Counted from the first letter of the stretch, positions 41,302 to 50,938 are shown. The stretch: 64,000 bases of DNA from Patescibacteria group bacterium (GCA_035510735.1 DATKGN010000013.1:64596-128595); one strand, 5' to 3'. A program made the numbers and translations. Notes: generated by a model not told the origin, from the letters alone.

Positions 41302-42042
41302 TTAATCCTTCATTTTCCGCAACTTAAAACTAATAAACATCGGTGTATGATTTCTGACGACTTCAGTCATTTTCTCCTTCAACAGTGCCCTATTATTCGG
41401 CTCACGGGTCTCCTCCAAAAAAAGGTGATTCACGGCAAATGAATTCAGATATTGGGACAGTAACCAATGATAATGTGGGAATCCTTCATATTTGTCTATG
41501 ACAAGACCGGGGGTAAAGTAATCGGTAATAACACGGCCAACCTCCACCCCTTTCTTATCATGAAGCGGATATGCTTTATGCGCATTCTCAAAACACGGAT
41601 GCTGTGTACTTATAACAATTAATCCACCCGGTTTTGTCACCCGGGCAATTTCCGCTACTGCACGATCAAGATTCGCCAAATCCATAAGGACCATGTTACA
41701 CAACACGACATCGAAAAGGGCGTCAGAAAGTTGTAGCGCTTCCAGATTTTCAACTTTATATTCAATATTATGGAAATTTTGACTTCGCGTGATAGCTATC
41801 TCGACCAGTTTTTCAGTAAAATCAACCCCGACAACTTTTTTTGCAGTCTTTGCCATTTTACGTGAGATGTATCCGTTCCCGCAGCCGGCATCAAGAACAG
41901 TTTTACCATGTAAATCTCCAAGGAATTCGCCAACGATAGGATTTATCACCAATTCATGACGGATATCACCCTTTTCTCCGATTCCTTTATCCCAAATATC
42001 GGCAATTTGCTCCCAACGAAGCTTATTAACTGCTTTTTTCAT
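41302..42042 (-). CDS. Class I SAM-dependent methyltransferase
   Basis: VLDAGCGNG, GVDF, FDVVLCNMVL, RVTKPGG, HPCF. Confidence 0.88.
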   Translation of the reverse strand: MKKAVNKLRWEQIADIWDKGIGEKGDIRHELVINPIVGEFLGDLHGKTVLDAGCGNGYISRKMAKTAKKVVGVDFTEKLVEIAITRSQNFHNIEYKVENLEALQLSDALFDVVLCNMVLMDLANLDRAVAEIARVTKPGGLIVISTQHPCFENAHKAYPLHDKKGVEVGRVITDYFTPGLVIDKYEGFPHYHWLLSQYLNSFAVNHLFLEETREPNNRALLKEKMTEVVRNHTPMFISFKLRKMKD

Positions 42043-42614
42043 ACTACTGTGACCGCTCCTTGCCGGATAATGGTGTATGGTTCGACTGAACAGTCAACGA
42101 CAGTTGATGCCTGACCCACGCTGCAAACACCAGGTACGACATAATCAACAAGCTTCATAAGTTCAGGATTAAGATCGGTCAAGGAATAGGGGGTGGGATC
42201 TCCGTGAAAATTTGCAGACGGTCCTAAAATCGGAACCCCCACTGCTTTTATGATTTGTATTATTGTCTGATTATTCGGCATTCGAAGACCAATCGTTTTT
42301 CCGCCGCCGCGGATAGGGGAGTAGATCAAATCAGTTTTACACGGAGCCACGATTGTCAGCGCACCGGGCCAATAATCGTGCATTAAACGTCGCACAATAT
42401 TAAAAGGCTGAAGATAATAGGCGAGTGCCTTATCTATGGAATCAACTAAGACCGGAGTTGCCTTCGACAACGGCCGTTTACGTATTTCGAAAAGCCTGTC
42501 CACAGCCTGCTCACTATCAATCCGGCACCCTATGCCAAAGGCTGTATCGGTGGGAAAAATGATAATCCCTCCCTTATTGAAAGCCTCTACAGCCCCTTTG
42601 TCATAATCTTCCAT
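42039..42614 (-). CDS. tsaC: L-threonylcarbamoyladenylate synthase (TsaC/YrdC)
   Basis: FPTDTAFGIG, KRP, WPGALT, GLRMP, SAN, STVVD; lacks the Sua5 C-terminal domain. Confidence 0.92.
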   Translation of the reverse strand: MEDYDKGAVEAFNKGGIIIFPTDTAFGIGCRIDSEQAVDRLFEIRKRPLSKATPVLVDSIDKALAYYLQPFNIVRRLMHDYWPGALTIVAPCKTDLIYSPIRGGGKTIGLRMPNNQTIIQIIKAVGVPILGPSANFHGDPTPYSLTDLNPELMKLVDYVVPGVCSVGQASTVVDCSVEPYTIIRQGAVTVV

Positions 42615-42626
42615 ACATTATATATA

Positions 42627-43082
42627 CTATAGCGCCCCGTCAATTTGTATACGATGTGAGTCATCAGGAAGGGTGGAAAAACGTATATCCGTCCTATTCG
42701 CCGGTAACAGTCGCCCTAGTCGTTCAGCCCATTCAATGATAATGAATGCCTCGGGATCCGTTACCATCTCTGAAAATCCTAACGCATTGATATCATCGAC
42801 AGATGACAGACGATATAAATCAATATGGTACAGCAAAGAATTTCTCTTCGTAGTATAACGTCGCACAATAATGAAGGTAGGCGAGAGTAGGCGATCTTTT
42901 ATACCAAGTCCTTTTGCAAATCCTTGGGTAAACGTAGTCTTTCCGGCCCCAAGGTCACCATACAGACAAACAACTGCCGCTGACGTTTTTCCACCCGCTC
43001 CCCTCTTGAATGACAAAGCAAGCATCCGGCCGATTTCTGCAGTTTCAAAAGGCGTATATGTTGTAAATGTCTTATGAATCAT
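42627..43082 (-). CDS. tsaE: t6A biosynthesis ATPase TsaE
   Basis: GDLGAGKTTF, SPTF, HIDLYRL, IEWAE. Confidence 0.95.
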   Translation of the reverse strand: MIHKTFTTYTPFETAEIGRMLALSFKRGAGGKTSAAVVCLYGDLGAGKTTFTQGFAKGLGIKDRLLSPTFIIVRRYTTKRNSLLYHIDLYRLSSVDDINALGFSEMVTDPEAFIIIEWAERLGRLLPANRTDIRFSTLPDDSHRIQIDGAL

Positions 43083-43112
43083 AGAGTTCACGGCAGTGGC
43101 ACAATTATACCA

Positions 43113-43931
43113 TCAGACTGAGGTTTTGGACTGATCTTTTGTATGGATCCATCGCTCCCAGACAAATACTCCCGACAATATGCCCATCCCCAGGCCGACA
43201 CATATGAATGAAAATAAGAGAGGACGGAGGATGTTTCCTGATTTGGTTGCCGTCGATACCGACGTAGGAGTAGCACTTATTTCATCTCCTAGTACCGAAA
43301 ATTCCCCGCTCGCGGTCGAAAAGAACGAAATAGGAGTTACGGAAATAATATGAGACGGCGTAACGGTACGCATTACGATCGGCGTGGATGTCGGTGTGGG
43401 TGTTAGCGTTGATGTAGGCGACGGCGTCAACGTAGGAGTTGGCCTATTTGTTGGGGTCGGCGTATTCGTGGGCGTAGGATCAGGTTCATTTATAGTTACC
43501 GTAAGCGCGTTGGAGGACCAGTTCACGTTTGTCGCGCTCCCATAATAAAACCCAACTTTCAAACTATAATCGCCTTCTCCTTTATACCCGCTGTCAGTAA
43601 AATCGCTTTTCACCACGAGAGAGCCATCCCACTCGCCAATTTTAATTGACCGCTGACTCGTATTCCCGGCACTGTTTTTTACCCACTCATCACCGCTTTT
43701 TGTGTACCCAAAATAATTGCTTGAACCAGATTGATAAAATGCCCCCTTAATATAGATTGTTTCTCCTTCCGTAAATCCTGATGCAGAAGCCGTGATAGTA
43801 AACTCTTCATCACCCAATAGTGTTGTTTTATCACCCATTATCGACAATGTCCGTGAGGCATAAACAGGAGAAACAAGAAGTAAATATAGTAATACAAATC
43901 CTAATATCTGAAATCCGGGCAGACGGATCAT
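43113..43931 (-). CDS. Surface protein: signal peptide, beta-rich domain, Pro/Thr stalk, C-terminal TM
   Basis: VSPVYA signal-peptidase-like site; PDPTPTNTPTPTNRPTPTLTPSPTSTLTPTPTSTP; VLG; C-terminal TM. Confidence 0.8.
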   Translation of the reverse strand: MIRLPGFQILGFVLLYLLLVSPVYASRTLSIMGDKTTLLGDEEFTITASASGFTEGETIYIKGAFYQSGSSNYFGYTKSGDEWVKNSAGNTSQRSIKIGEWDGSLVVKSDFTDSGYKGEGDYSLKVGFYYGSATNVNWSSNALTVTINEPDPTPTNTPTPTNRPTPTLTPSPTSTLTPTPTSTPIVMRTVTPSHIISVTPISFFSTASGEFSVLGDEISATPTSVSTATKSGNILRPLLFSFICVGLGMGILSGVFVWERWIHTKDQSKTSV

Positions 43932-43984
43932 TAACCTCAAATTTTACAGAATGAAAAGAAGAAAATATGTAACGCTTCTAACAA

Positions 43985-45205
43985 TTAGATTGATATTCTA
44001 TCAATCTCATATATGCTATGTAATGGATAATGGTCTGCAAAAGAAATTTTGTGTCCATTCGGAACAAAAGGATCGTTCATTATATAGTTTCCACCCGAAC
44101 CACTTATGAGCACAACAAAATGCGTATCTCCATTTGAGTATTTTATTCCAACAACTACGGGACGACCAGAACCCAATTCACTATCAATTTCTGAAGAAAT
44201 TCTTGAACTCGTCGTTCCGTCGGCTACAATCGTTCTATTTAAAAATGCAGGATAATATGCGGCGAAATTTGATGCGTTAGCGTTTATTGTAAGCGGGGTT
44301 ACATTTTTATGTCCAAAATGGGTATAAATCATTGCCATAGAGGTCAAAAGGCAACCATCAGAAGCAATGCTGTACTGTGTATTATTTAACGCAACGTTAC
44401 CCCACTGGCTGTCCCGTTGATTATAATAACAACCCCAGTCATCACAGACCGTTTGATTGGTAAGAATTGTCGCGCCTCCCTGACTTGATGCGAAACCTGA
44501 AAAACCTGCTAACTGTGCTTTCGCCTGAGCGAGAAGCTGTTGATAGACAGATTCTTGGCCTTGAGTTTGAGCGAGGAGTGCATTCTCCTCTTGCTTTTGC
44601 TGAGCAAGTTCATCATTCTGCTGCTGAAGCTCTGTCTGTATTTCCAGAAGCTGACTTTTTTTCTCCTCACGCACTTGTTTACTTTCGTTATAACTATTTT
44701 GCGTTGCTTTCACCTGAAACACTAACGCGGCGTCCTCCTGCTGTACGGTCTGAATATACTTTGCCCGTTCGATAAAATCTGCCACATTTTTGCTGAATAA
44801 AAGTAATCCAAATTGGGGAGTTGAAGACCGTTTGTACGCTTCAGGAATCCTATGAAGAAGCAGCGCAAGCCGGGAAGTTAAAACACTCTCCAACCGCACA
44901 ACTTCAGTTTCTAATTGGCTAATTTCATTAAGCAATGTAGTTATTTTCGTTTTGGTCGCGTCAATACGGAGAGTAGTCAACTGAATCTGACTATTCATGT
45001 ATTTTATTTTAGAAGCCAGTGTATCACTTTGATTCCGACATGCATCGCTAATGCTCTGATAGCAACTGGATTTTTGGGGATCATTATTAGCAAAATGAGC
45101 ACATGGGTCTTGGTCAGTACTCGGGCATGTCTCTTGTGCAGCAATTCTAACCGGTAGCCAAAATGATAGAAAAACGAGGATAAAAACCCATTTGATATTC
45201 TTCAT
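43985..45205 (-). CDS. Secreted coiled-coil protein with C-terminal C39-like cysteine peptidase domain (PcsB/CwlO-like architecture)
   Basis: Signal peptide, long Gln/Glu/Leu coiled coil, then YYNQRDSQWG...GCLLTSMAM...HFVVL...MNDP; directly downstream of ftsX. Confidence 0.8.
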   Translation of the reverse strand: MKNIKWVFILVFLSFWLPVRIAAQETCPSTDQDPCAHFANNDPQKSSCYQSISDACRNQSDTLASKIKYMNSQIQLTTLRIDATKTKITTLLNEISQLETEVVRLESVLTSRLALLLHRIPEAYKRSSTPQFGLLLFSKNVADFIERAKYIQTVQQEDAALVFQVKATQNSYNESKQVREEKKSQLLEIQTELQQQNDELAQQKQEENALLAQTQGQESVYQQLLAQAKAQLAGFSGFASSQGGATILTNQTVCDDWGCYYNQRDSQWGNVALNNTQYSIASDGCLLTSMAMIYTHFGHKNVTPLTINANASNFAAYYPAFLNRTIVADGTTSSRISSEIDSELGSGRPVVVGIKYSNGDTHFVVLISGSGGNYIMNDPFVPNGHKISFADHYPLHSIYEIDRISI

Positions 45206-45212
45206 GCATGTG

Positions 45213-46106
45213 TCAAAATTTCAAATAGCGGCTTAAAGCCACAAAACTTCCAATCGATCCGAGAAGAAACCCAACCAGACCTAAAAATAACAAAAATCCT
45301 CCCGCTACTCCGGCGAATGCCCACGTGGTAAGCGATCCGAAGATCGTCGAGATAAGCGGTATCATACCTAAAAATCCCATAAGCATAGGACGGAGCCATA
45401 GCATGACTCCCATGATAATCATCCACGAGACGATTGCCCCGAGCGTTCCGTATAATCCGCCTTCAACAATAAACGGCGTCTGTATATACCATGGTGATGC
45501 ACCGACCAATTTTAGTATTTCGATCTCATCTTTTTTAAGCGCAATTTTCATTCCGATGATAGTCATAACGATAAGAATCGAATTGAGGGATAGCAACCCC
45601 ACAAGTATTCCTCCGACCCACCGGACCGCATGAGTCCAGCGGAGAAGTGAGTCAACGACATCTTTTTGAAATACCACTTCTTCAACACCCTGTGCTTTTC
45701 TTATAATCGGGTCGAGATCACGCAAATAATTCGGGTCTGTTGCTGAAACCTCAAGAGACGCGGGTAATATATCTGCCGTGACCATCTCAAGAAGGAGCGG
45801 ATCGTTTTTATTCTGCTGACGGTAAATTGCAAGTGCATCGTCTTTGGAAACATATTTGAGCGATGCAACCTTTCCCGTCGACTCCAGTGTTTTTTTAAGC
45901 GAATCCGCATCCGTCACCGTCGCTTTGTCTGCAAAGAAAACGGTTATCTGTGGTTTGCCCTCAAAATACTGGAGAACTAACGATGAAAAAATTGTAGCAA
46001 GGAAGAACAGTCCTGCGAGGAGCATCGTCAAAAACATGGTTACAACCGCCGCAAGGGTTTGATACGGCGATCGGCGCATATGGGTCCACACATTAAGAAT
46101 CCGCAT
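45213..46106 (-). CDS. ftsX: Cell division permease FtsX
   Basis: ITVFF, YVSKDDAL, LPASLEV, EIEILKLVGA...PFIVEG; 4 TM. Start at ATG 46106. Confidence 0.93.
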   Translation of the reverse strand: MRILNVWTHMRRSPYQTLAAVVTMFLTMLLAGLFFLATIFSSLVLQYFEGKPQITVFFADKATVTDADSLKKTLESTGKVASLKYVSKDDALAIYRQQNKNDPLLLEMVTADILPASLEVSATDPNYLRDLDPIIRKAQGVEEVVFQKDVVDSLLRWTHAVRWVGGILVGLLSLNSILIVMTIIGMKIALKKDEIEILKLVGASPWYIQTPFIVEGGLYGTLGAIVSWMIIMGVMLWLRPMLMGFLGMIPLISTIFGSLTTWAFAGVAGGFLLFLGLVGFLLGSIGSFVALSRYLKF

Positions 46107-46812
46107 GTTCTTTTTTTCCTTTCTCATGGATGGTAACGTGATATTTTCCTTTTTCTTCATCCCGGACAATCCGGCCTTTATTGAGCGTAATCGTCCGTCT
46201 CTTTAACTCATTGACGACATTCACGTTATGTGTCGCCATAATTATTGTCGTACCGATTTTTTGAATTTCTTTTAAGATATCAAGAATATCCCACGACGTC
46301 TGTGGGTCCAGATTGCCGGTCGGTTCATCGGCAAGAAGGATACTGGGTCCCCCGACAATTGCTCTTGCTATACCCGTCCGCTGCATTTCGCCGGCAGAAA
46401 GTTGCAACGGAAAACTATTCCGTTTATCCGCCAATCCGACAAGCTCAATAACATCAAGGACACGCGTTGATATATCTTTGGAATTTTTTCCGAGAATCTC
46501 TAATCCCAACGCCACATTTTCAAAAACAGTGCGATCGGTTAATAGTTTAAAATCCTGAAATACCGTCCCTACCTTCCGGCGTAATAAATAAATTTTACTT
46601 GAGGGAAGCGTGCTTATATTCCAATCATCAATATGGATAACGCCCTTCGTTGAAACGGTATCACGGATAAGCAAGCGCAGGAATGTGGTTTTGCCGGCTC
46701 CCGAGGGACCGATGAGGAAAACAAATTCGCCGTCTTTAATCTCAACGGTTATGTCGGACAGGGCGCTCGTATGCCCGGAAAATTGCTTTGAGACATTGTC
46801 AAATCGAATCAT
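46093..46812 (-). CDS. ftsE: Cell division ATP-binding protein FtsE
   Basis: GPSGAGKTT, VFQDFKLL, LSAGE, LLADEPTGNLDP, MATH. Start at ATG 46812. Confidence 0.94.
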   Translation of the reverse strand: MIRFDNVSKQFSGHTSALSDITVEIKDGEFVFLIGPSGAGKTTFLRLLIRDTVSTKGVIHIDDWNISTLPSSKIYLLRRKVGTVFQDFKLLTDRTVFENVALGLEILGKNSKDISTRVLDVIELVGLADKRNSFPLQLSAGEMQRTGIARAIVGGPSILLADEPTGNLDPQTSWDILDILKEIQKIGTTIIMATHNVNVVNELKRRTITLNKGRIVRDEEKGKYHVTIHEKGKKEHADS

Positions 46813-46814
46813 TC

Positions 46815-47318
46815 CTATTGGAGTTCTACCTTTCCTACGTCCATTAGCCACGCTACATTTTTAGCTGCCATCGTTTGCCCCCACACTTTTACCTTTTTTC
46901 CGGCGAATTGGTCGAGGTCTACAACGGAAGAAATGAGGTAAACCGTTTGTGAAGGTCCGCCGTCACGGATTAACTGGTGAGATCCTTCCCCGTCAGACGC
47001 GCCACCCTTTTGGATAACACCAACGGCAGAATCCTTAAACGTGGTTGAATCAGTACTACCCACAACCTTATCTGTTTTAATCGAACCTGAAGCGGAATTT
47101 GCGGTACTCCCCGCAGCCGTTCCGGCTTTCTTAGACAAGAGATACCCCGTTCCGATTCCGAGCAGTACTAAAACCCCGTAAACGACGAAAACGATTTTTG
47201 AGTTATTTTTCATAGTCATATCATCTGATTTCGGCTCTTCAGCTTCCACCGTACGATTTTGTACGTGAGGATTAGGTTTCACGGGTGGCATCGCCACCTT
47301 TTCATTTACTCGTTGCAT
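46815..47318 (-). CDS. Single-TM hypothetical protein with a small beta-rich extracellular domain
   Basis: SD-like GAGGGGGG; TM IVFVVYGVLVLLGIGTGYLL; C-terminal GSHQL...YLISSVVDLDQFAGKKVKVWG; ends 2 nt before the ftsE start. Confidence 0.75.
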   Translation of the reverse strand: MQRVNEKVAMPPVKPNPHVQNRTVEAEEPKSDDMTMKNNSKIVFVVYGVLVLLGIGTGYLLSKKAGTAAGSTANSASGSIKTDKVVGSTDSTTFKDSAVGVIQKGGASDGEGSHQLIRDGGPSQTVYLISSVVDLDQFAGKKVKVWGQTMAAKNVAWLMDVGKVELQ

Positions 47319-47352
47319 ACACTTCCCCCCTCGTGCACTCCATTATCACCTC

Positions 47353-48363
47353 TTACGATATTTTTTTCAAGTATGCGATAATGAAGTCATCAAGATCCCC
47401 GTCCAACACACGATCGGTATTCCCCGTTTCATGCTGCGTCCGCAAATCCTTGACCATGTGATACGGATGAAGCACATACGAACGAATCTGATTCCCCCAT
47501 CCAGGCGTTTTATATTCTCCTTTCACTTTGCTCTGTTCATCGCGCACCTTTTCCTGTTGCATCGCCCATAATTTTGCCTGAAGAATCTTGAGCGCATACT
47601 CTCTGTTTTGCCCCTGATACCGCTGTGCCTGGCTTGCAACGATAATGCCGGTCGGTTTATGACGGAGCCGTACGGCTGTTGAAACTTTATTCACATTCTG
47701 ACCGCCTTTTCCGCCTGCCCGATAAAAATCCCATTCCAAGTCTTCCTCCTTCACTTCCACTACGGCCTCTTCATCAAAAACCGGCCAGACTTCCGCCATA
47801 GCAAACGATGTTTGACGGAGATTATCTGCGTTAAACGGAGACTGCCGTACCAGACGGTGGACTCCCGCTTCCGCCTTTAAAAATCCGTACGCGTAACTGC
47901 CCGTGACGGTAATCGTTACGCTTTTAATCCCTGCCTCATCTCCCGGAGTAAAATCAATTTCCTCACAGTCCCAACCTTTTCGCTCAACATAGCGCGTATA
48001 CATCCGGTAAAGCATCGAGGTCCAATCCATCGCCTCCGTACCGCCCTGACCCGCATGAAGCGCAAGGATGGCATCATTAGCGTCATACGGTCCAGATAAG
48101 TACAGTGCGAATTCCAGCCGGTCTACTTCACGGGTTAATTCGGTTGTGTTTCCGTCAGAAATGAGAAGTTCAAGCATCTCTCCCTGTTCCAATTCTTTCT
48201 GGAGGATGGCCATTCGTTTCATCTTTTTAGCAGCAGCCTTGGAATCACCCCAAAAATTCTGATGGGTGCTTTCTGCCTCGATTTCCCGGATTGCTTTGCG
48301 CTTTCCGTCCAAATCGAGTTTGGCAAGTACATGGGTGGCCCGGGTCTTTAAATCTTCATCCAT
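47353..48363 (-). CDS. prfB: Peptide chain release factor 2
   Basis: SPF tripeptide (RQSPFNA), GGQ ([10 protein letters not shown]), WGNQIRSYV. Continuous ORF; start ATG 48363 or 48372. Confidence 0.95.
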   Translation of the reverse strand: MDEDLKTRATHVLAKLDLDGKRKAIREIEAESTHQNFWGDSKAAAKKMKRMAILQKELEQGEMLELLISDGNTTELTREVDRLEFALYLSGPYDANDAILALHAGQGGTEAMDWTSMLYRMYTRYVERKGWDCEEIDFTPGDEAGIKSVTITVTGSYAYGFLKAEAGVHRLVRQSPFNADNLRQTSFAMAEVWPVFDEEAVVEVKEEDLEWDFYRAGGKGGQNVNKVSTAVRLRHKPTGIIVASQAQRYQGQNREYALKILQAKLWAMQQEKVRDEQSKVKGEYKTPGWGNQIRSYVLHPYHMVKDLRTQHETGNTDRVLDGDLDDFIIAYLKKIS

Positions 48364-48370
48364 GAGGCTC

Positions 48371-48379
48371 ATTGTAGCA
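48371..48379 (-). promoter_or_regulatory. Extended -10 box 7 nt upstream of prfB ATG 48363
   Basis: Minus strand reads TGCTACAAT-gagcctc-ATG. Confidence 0.5.
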
Positions 48380-48397
48380 GAATAAACGGAAGAATTC

Positions 48398-48769
48398 CTA
48401 TTTTTTAGCAGGTGGTTTACAGAGCGCCTGCTGGATTTCCTGCTTTTGATCAGCGGGTAATTTGTCAAACTGCGCCGTTAACTGATTCACGGCATTTTTA
48501 ACAATAATCGTTTGAATCCTTGACTGTACAGCTCCTTCTGCTGCTCCAACCACGCCGCTAACGATCTGCCCAGCGTTTAAGGGCTTTACGTGAGCCTCAT
48601 CGGATACTCCGAGCACATTTGCCGACTGTTCTCCTATCGACGTTTTGAGGACTACATCATGAACCTGTTGTATGATTGACGGGCGCTTCTGTGCGGTTAG
48701 TCTCGGCCATAATAAACTCCCACCCGCAAGCGTGATCACTGAAACGATGAGTGCAAAAATAAAATTCAT
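48398..48769 (-). CDS. Membrane-anchored hypothetical protein
   Basis: N-terminal hydrophobic helix, VLG motif, helical C-terminus ending ALCKPPAKK; TATAAT 14 nt upstream. Confidence 0.7.
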   Translation of the reverse strand: MNFIFALIVSVITLAGGSLLWPRLTAQKRPSIIQQVHDVVLKTSIGEQSANVLGVSDEAHVKPLNAGQIVSGVVGAAEGAVQSRIQTIIVKNAVNQLTAQFDKLPADQKQEIQQALCKPPAKK

Positions 48770-48797
48770 ACGTCTTAGAACGTATTATACGCCAAAA

Positions 48798-48827
48798 GTG
48801 ACAAGCACACCCTCCCCATGATATAAC
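48798..48827 (+). promoter_or_regulatory. Putative sigma70 promoter for ruvCAB
   Basis: GTGACA-18 nt-TATAAC with a TG extension, 8 nt before the ruvC ATG. Confidence 0.45.
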
Positions 48828-48835
48828 TATCGTCG

Positions 48836-49324
48836 ATGATTATTATGGGTGTAGATCCTGGTTTTGCGCGTGTCGGATGGGCGATTATCGAGCACAAAGC
48901 CTCACGTATCACTCCGAAAGCATATGGGTGTATTGAAACGGAAAAGACTGAGACGTTGCCAAACCGCCTGATGATTACGCATAACGCAATTCAAACACTT
49001 ATCAAACGGTTTTCTCCGGACTGCATGAGCGTCGAAGAATTATATTTTGCAACCAATGCAAAAACGGCGATCAGTGTCGGGCAGGCGCGTGGGGTTATTC
49101 TTCTTGCCGCTGCACAGAAAAATATTCCCGTGGTATCATATTCACCATTGACGATAAAACGCACAATTTGCGGTGACGGAAAAGCGGATAAATCACAGAT
49201 AGGTCGTATGGTCACGAAAATTCTGAAGCTTAAAGAGATTCCGAAGCCCGACGATACAGCCGATGCGCTCGCAATCGCACTCACACACGGCTATTCATTC
49301 CGTCTGACAGACAAATTTATATGA
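48836..49324 (+). CDS. ruvC: Holliday junction resolvase RuvC
   Basis: GVDPG, VEELYF, GQARGV, GKADK, PDDTADALA. Confidence 0.96.
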   Translation: MIIMGVDPGFARVGWAIIEHKASRITPKAYGCIETEKTETLPNRLMITHNAIQTLIKRFSPDCMSVEELYFATNAKTAISVGQARGVILLAAAQKNIPVVSYSPLTIKRTICGDGKADKSQIGRMVTKILKLKEIPKPDDTADALAIALTHGYSFRLTDKFI

Positions 49325-49896
49325 TAGGAAGATTAACAGGAACTATCGAAACGACCGGACAGTCACCGCTTATCATCGACGTCCACGATGTGGGATATAC
49401 AGTATTTGTGACGTCAACGGAGCAAAAAAACCTCAAAAGCGGTCAGAAGACAACATTATATATTCACACACACGTGCGGGATGATGCGCTTGACCTGTTT
49501 GGGTTCAGCCAAATTGAAGATCTCAAGCTATTTAAACTACTACTCACCGTTTCAGGAGTCGGTCCGAAGACAGGGCTTTCGATTATTGACCGCGGGGCAA
49601 ACGGTGTTGAGAAAGCAGTCATGAATGCCGATATCGATTTTTTTACGACTATCCCCCGGCTCGGTAAAAAGAACGCACAAAAAATTATTATTGAATTGAA
49701 AAATAAACTCGGTGGATTACGCGATATCGATCTCTCGGATTCCGGAGGGAGCGAAACAAAGCAAATACTTGATGCCTTAACTGCAATGGGTTTTGACCGG
49801 CGCGACGCCACGGAAACAATACGCCAGTTAAACCCCGCTGACACGCTGGAGCAAAAAATCCGTTCATCATTAAAGTTATTAGGAAAACGAGCATAG
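49321..49896 (+). CDS. ruvA: Holliday junction branch migration protein RuvA
   Basis: MIGRLTG, VGY, HTHVRDD...LFGF, VSGVGPK, LGKKNAQKIIIELK, ALTAMGF. Confidence 0.96.
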   Translation: MIGRLTGTIETTGQSPLIIDVHDVGYTVFVTSTEQKNLKSGQKTTLYIHTHVRDDALDLFGFSQIEDLKLFKLLLTVSGVGPKTGLSIIDRGANGVEKAVMNADIDFFTTIPRLGKKNAQKIIIELKNKLGGLRDIDLSDSGGSETKQILDALTAMGFDRRDATETIRQLNPADTLEQKIRSSLKLLGKRA

Positions 49897-49897
49897 T

Positions 49898-50938
49898 ATG
49901 GCCAAAAAGAAGAAAGACAAAAAAATAAATGAGGTGATCGTCGAGACAACGGCGATTGAAGAGGAAAAACTTTTTACGTCGCTTCGCGCCGTATCCTGGG
50001 ATGAATTCCAGGGACAGGAAGCGATCAAAGAAAATCTCCATATTGCAATCGCGGCAGCAAAAAAACGGAAACAGGCAATTGAACACATACTTCTCTATGG
50101 TCCGCCCGGAATAGGCAAAACGACGCTTGCCCATCTCATCGGACGCGAGATGGGAGTAAATGTCAGGGTCACATCGGGTCCCGCTCTCGAACGCGCGGGA
50201 GATCTTGCCGCGATTTTAACGAACCTTGAACCTAAAGATATATTGTTTATTGACGAAATACATAGGCTCAATAAAGTTGTGGAAGAAACACTCTATCCCG
50301 CTATGGAAGATTTCGCTCTGGATATTGTCCTGGGCAAAGGCCCCTCTGCGAGAACCCTCAGGCTTGACCTGCCGCAATTTACGATTATCGGGGCAACGAC
50401 GCGGATCGGACTTATGTCCTCACCCATGCGTGACCGGTTCGGCGTTATTGCCCGGCTTCCGTATTATGATGTAAAAGATCTGGAAAAAATTCTCGCGAAG
50501 GCTGCACAAAAATTGGAGATTAAAGTAGAACAACATACACTCCATGAAATCGCTAAACGCGGGAGAGGAACGCCCCGCATTGCCCTACGATTATTGAAGC
50601 GGATCCGCGATGTCGCGGAAGTGAGGGGCGTTGGCATTGTTACCGACACAATATTACAGCAATCGCTCGCGATGCTTGAAGTCGACGAGATGGGATTGGA
50701 TGCATCAGACCGGCGGCTTCTTACAACCCTTATCGATCACTTCAACGGCGGTCCGGTCGGCGTTGATACCCTTGCGTTATCGCTCTCAGAAGATATCGGG
50801 ACGGTAGAAGAAGTCCTTGAACCCTATCTTATGCAGATCGGCATGCTTAAGAGAACTTCGCGGGGCCGTGTCGCGACAAAAAAAGCATTTACGCATTTAG
50901 GTAAGATCATCCCCAAAGCTCTCCTGGAATTTATTTAA
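49898..50938 (+). CDS. ruvB: Holliday junction helicase RuvB
   Basis: GPPGIGKTT, FIDEIHRL, GATTR, RGTPRIA, GGPVG, EPYL, RGR. Confidence 0.97.
   Translation: MAKKKKDKKINEVIVETTAIEEEKLFTSLRAVSWDEFQGQEAIKENLHIAIAAAKKRKQAIEHILLYGPPGIGKTTLAHLIGREMGVNVRVTSGPALERAGDLAAILTNLEPKDILFIDEIHRLNKVVEETLYPAMEDFALDIVLGKGPSARTLRLDLPQFTIIGATTRIGLMSSPMRDRFGVIARLPYYDVKDLEKILAKAAQKLEIKVEQHTLHEIAKRGRGTPRIALRLLKRIRDVAEVRGVGIVTDTILQQSLAMLEVDEMGLDASDRRLLTTLIDHFNGGPVGVDTLALSLSEDIGTVEEVLEPYLMQIGMLKRTSRGRVATKKAFTHLGKIIPKALLEFI

Noticed and set aside
43380-43484. Repeat-like DNA as a VNTR or CRISPR
   Set aside because: It is a degenerate Pro/Thr codon pattern in a protein stalk, with no identical DNA repeats or spacers.
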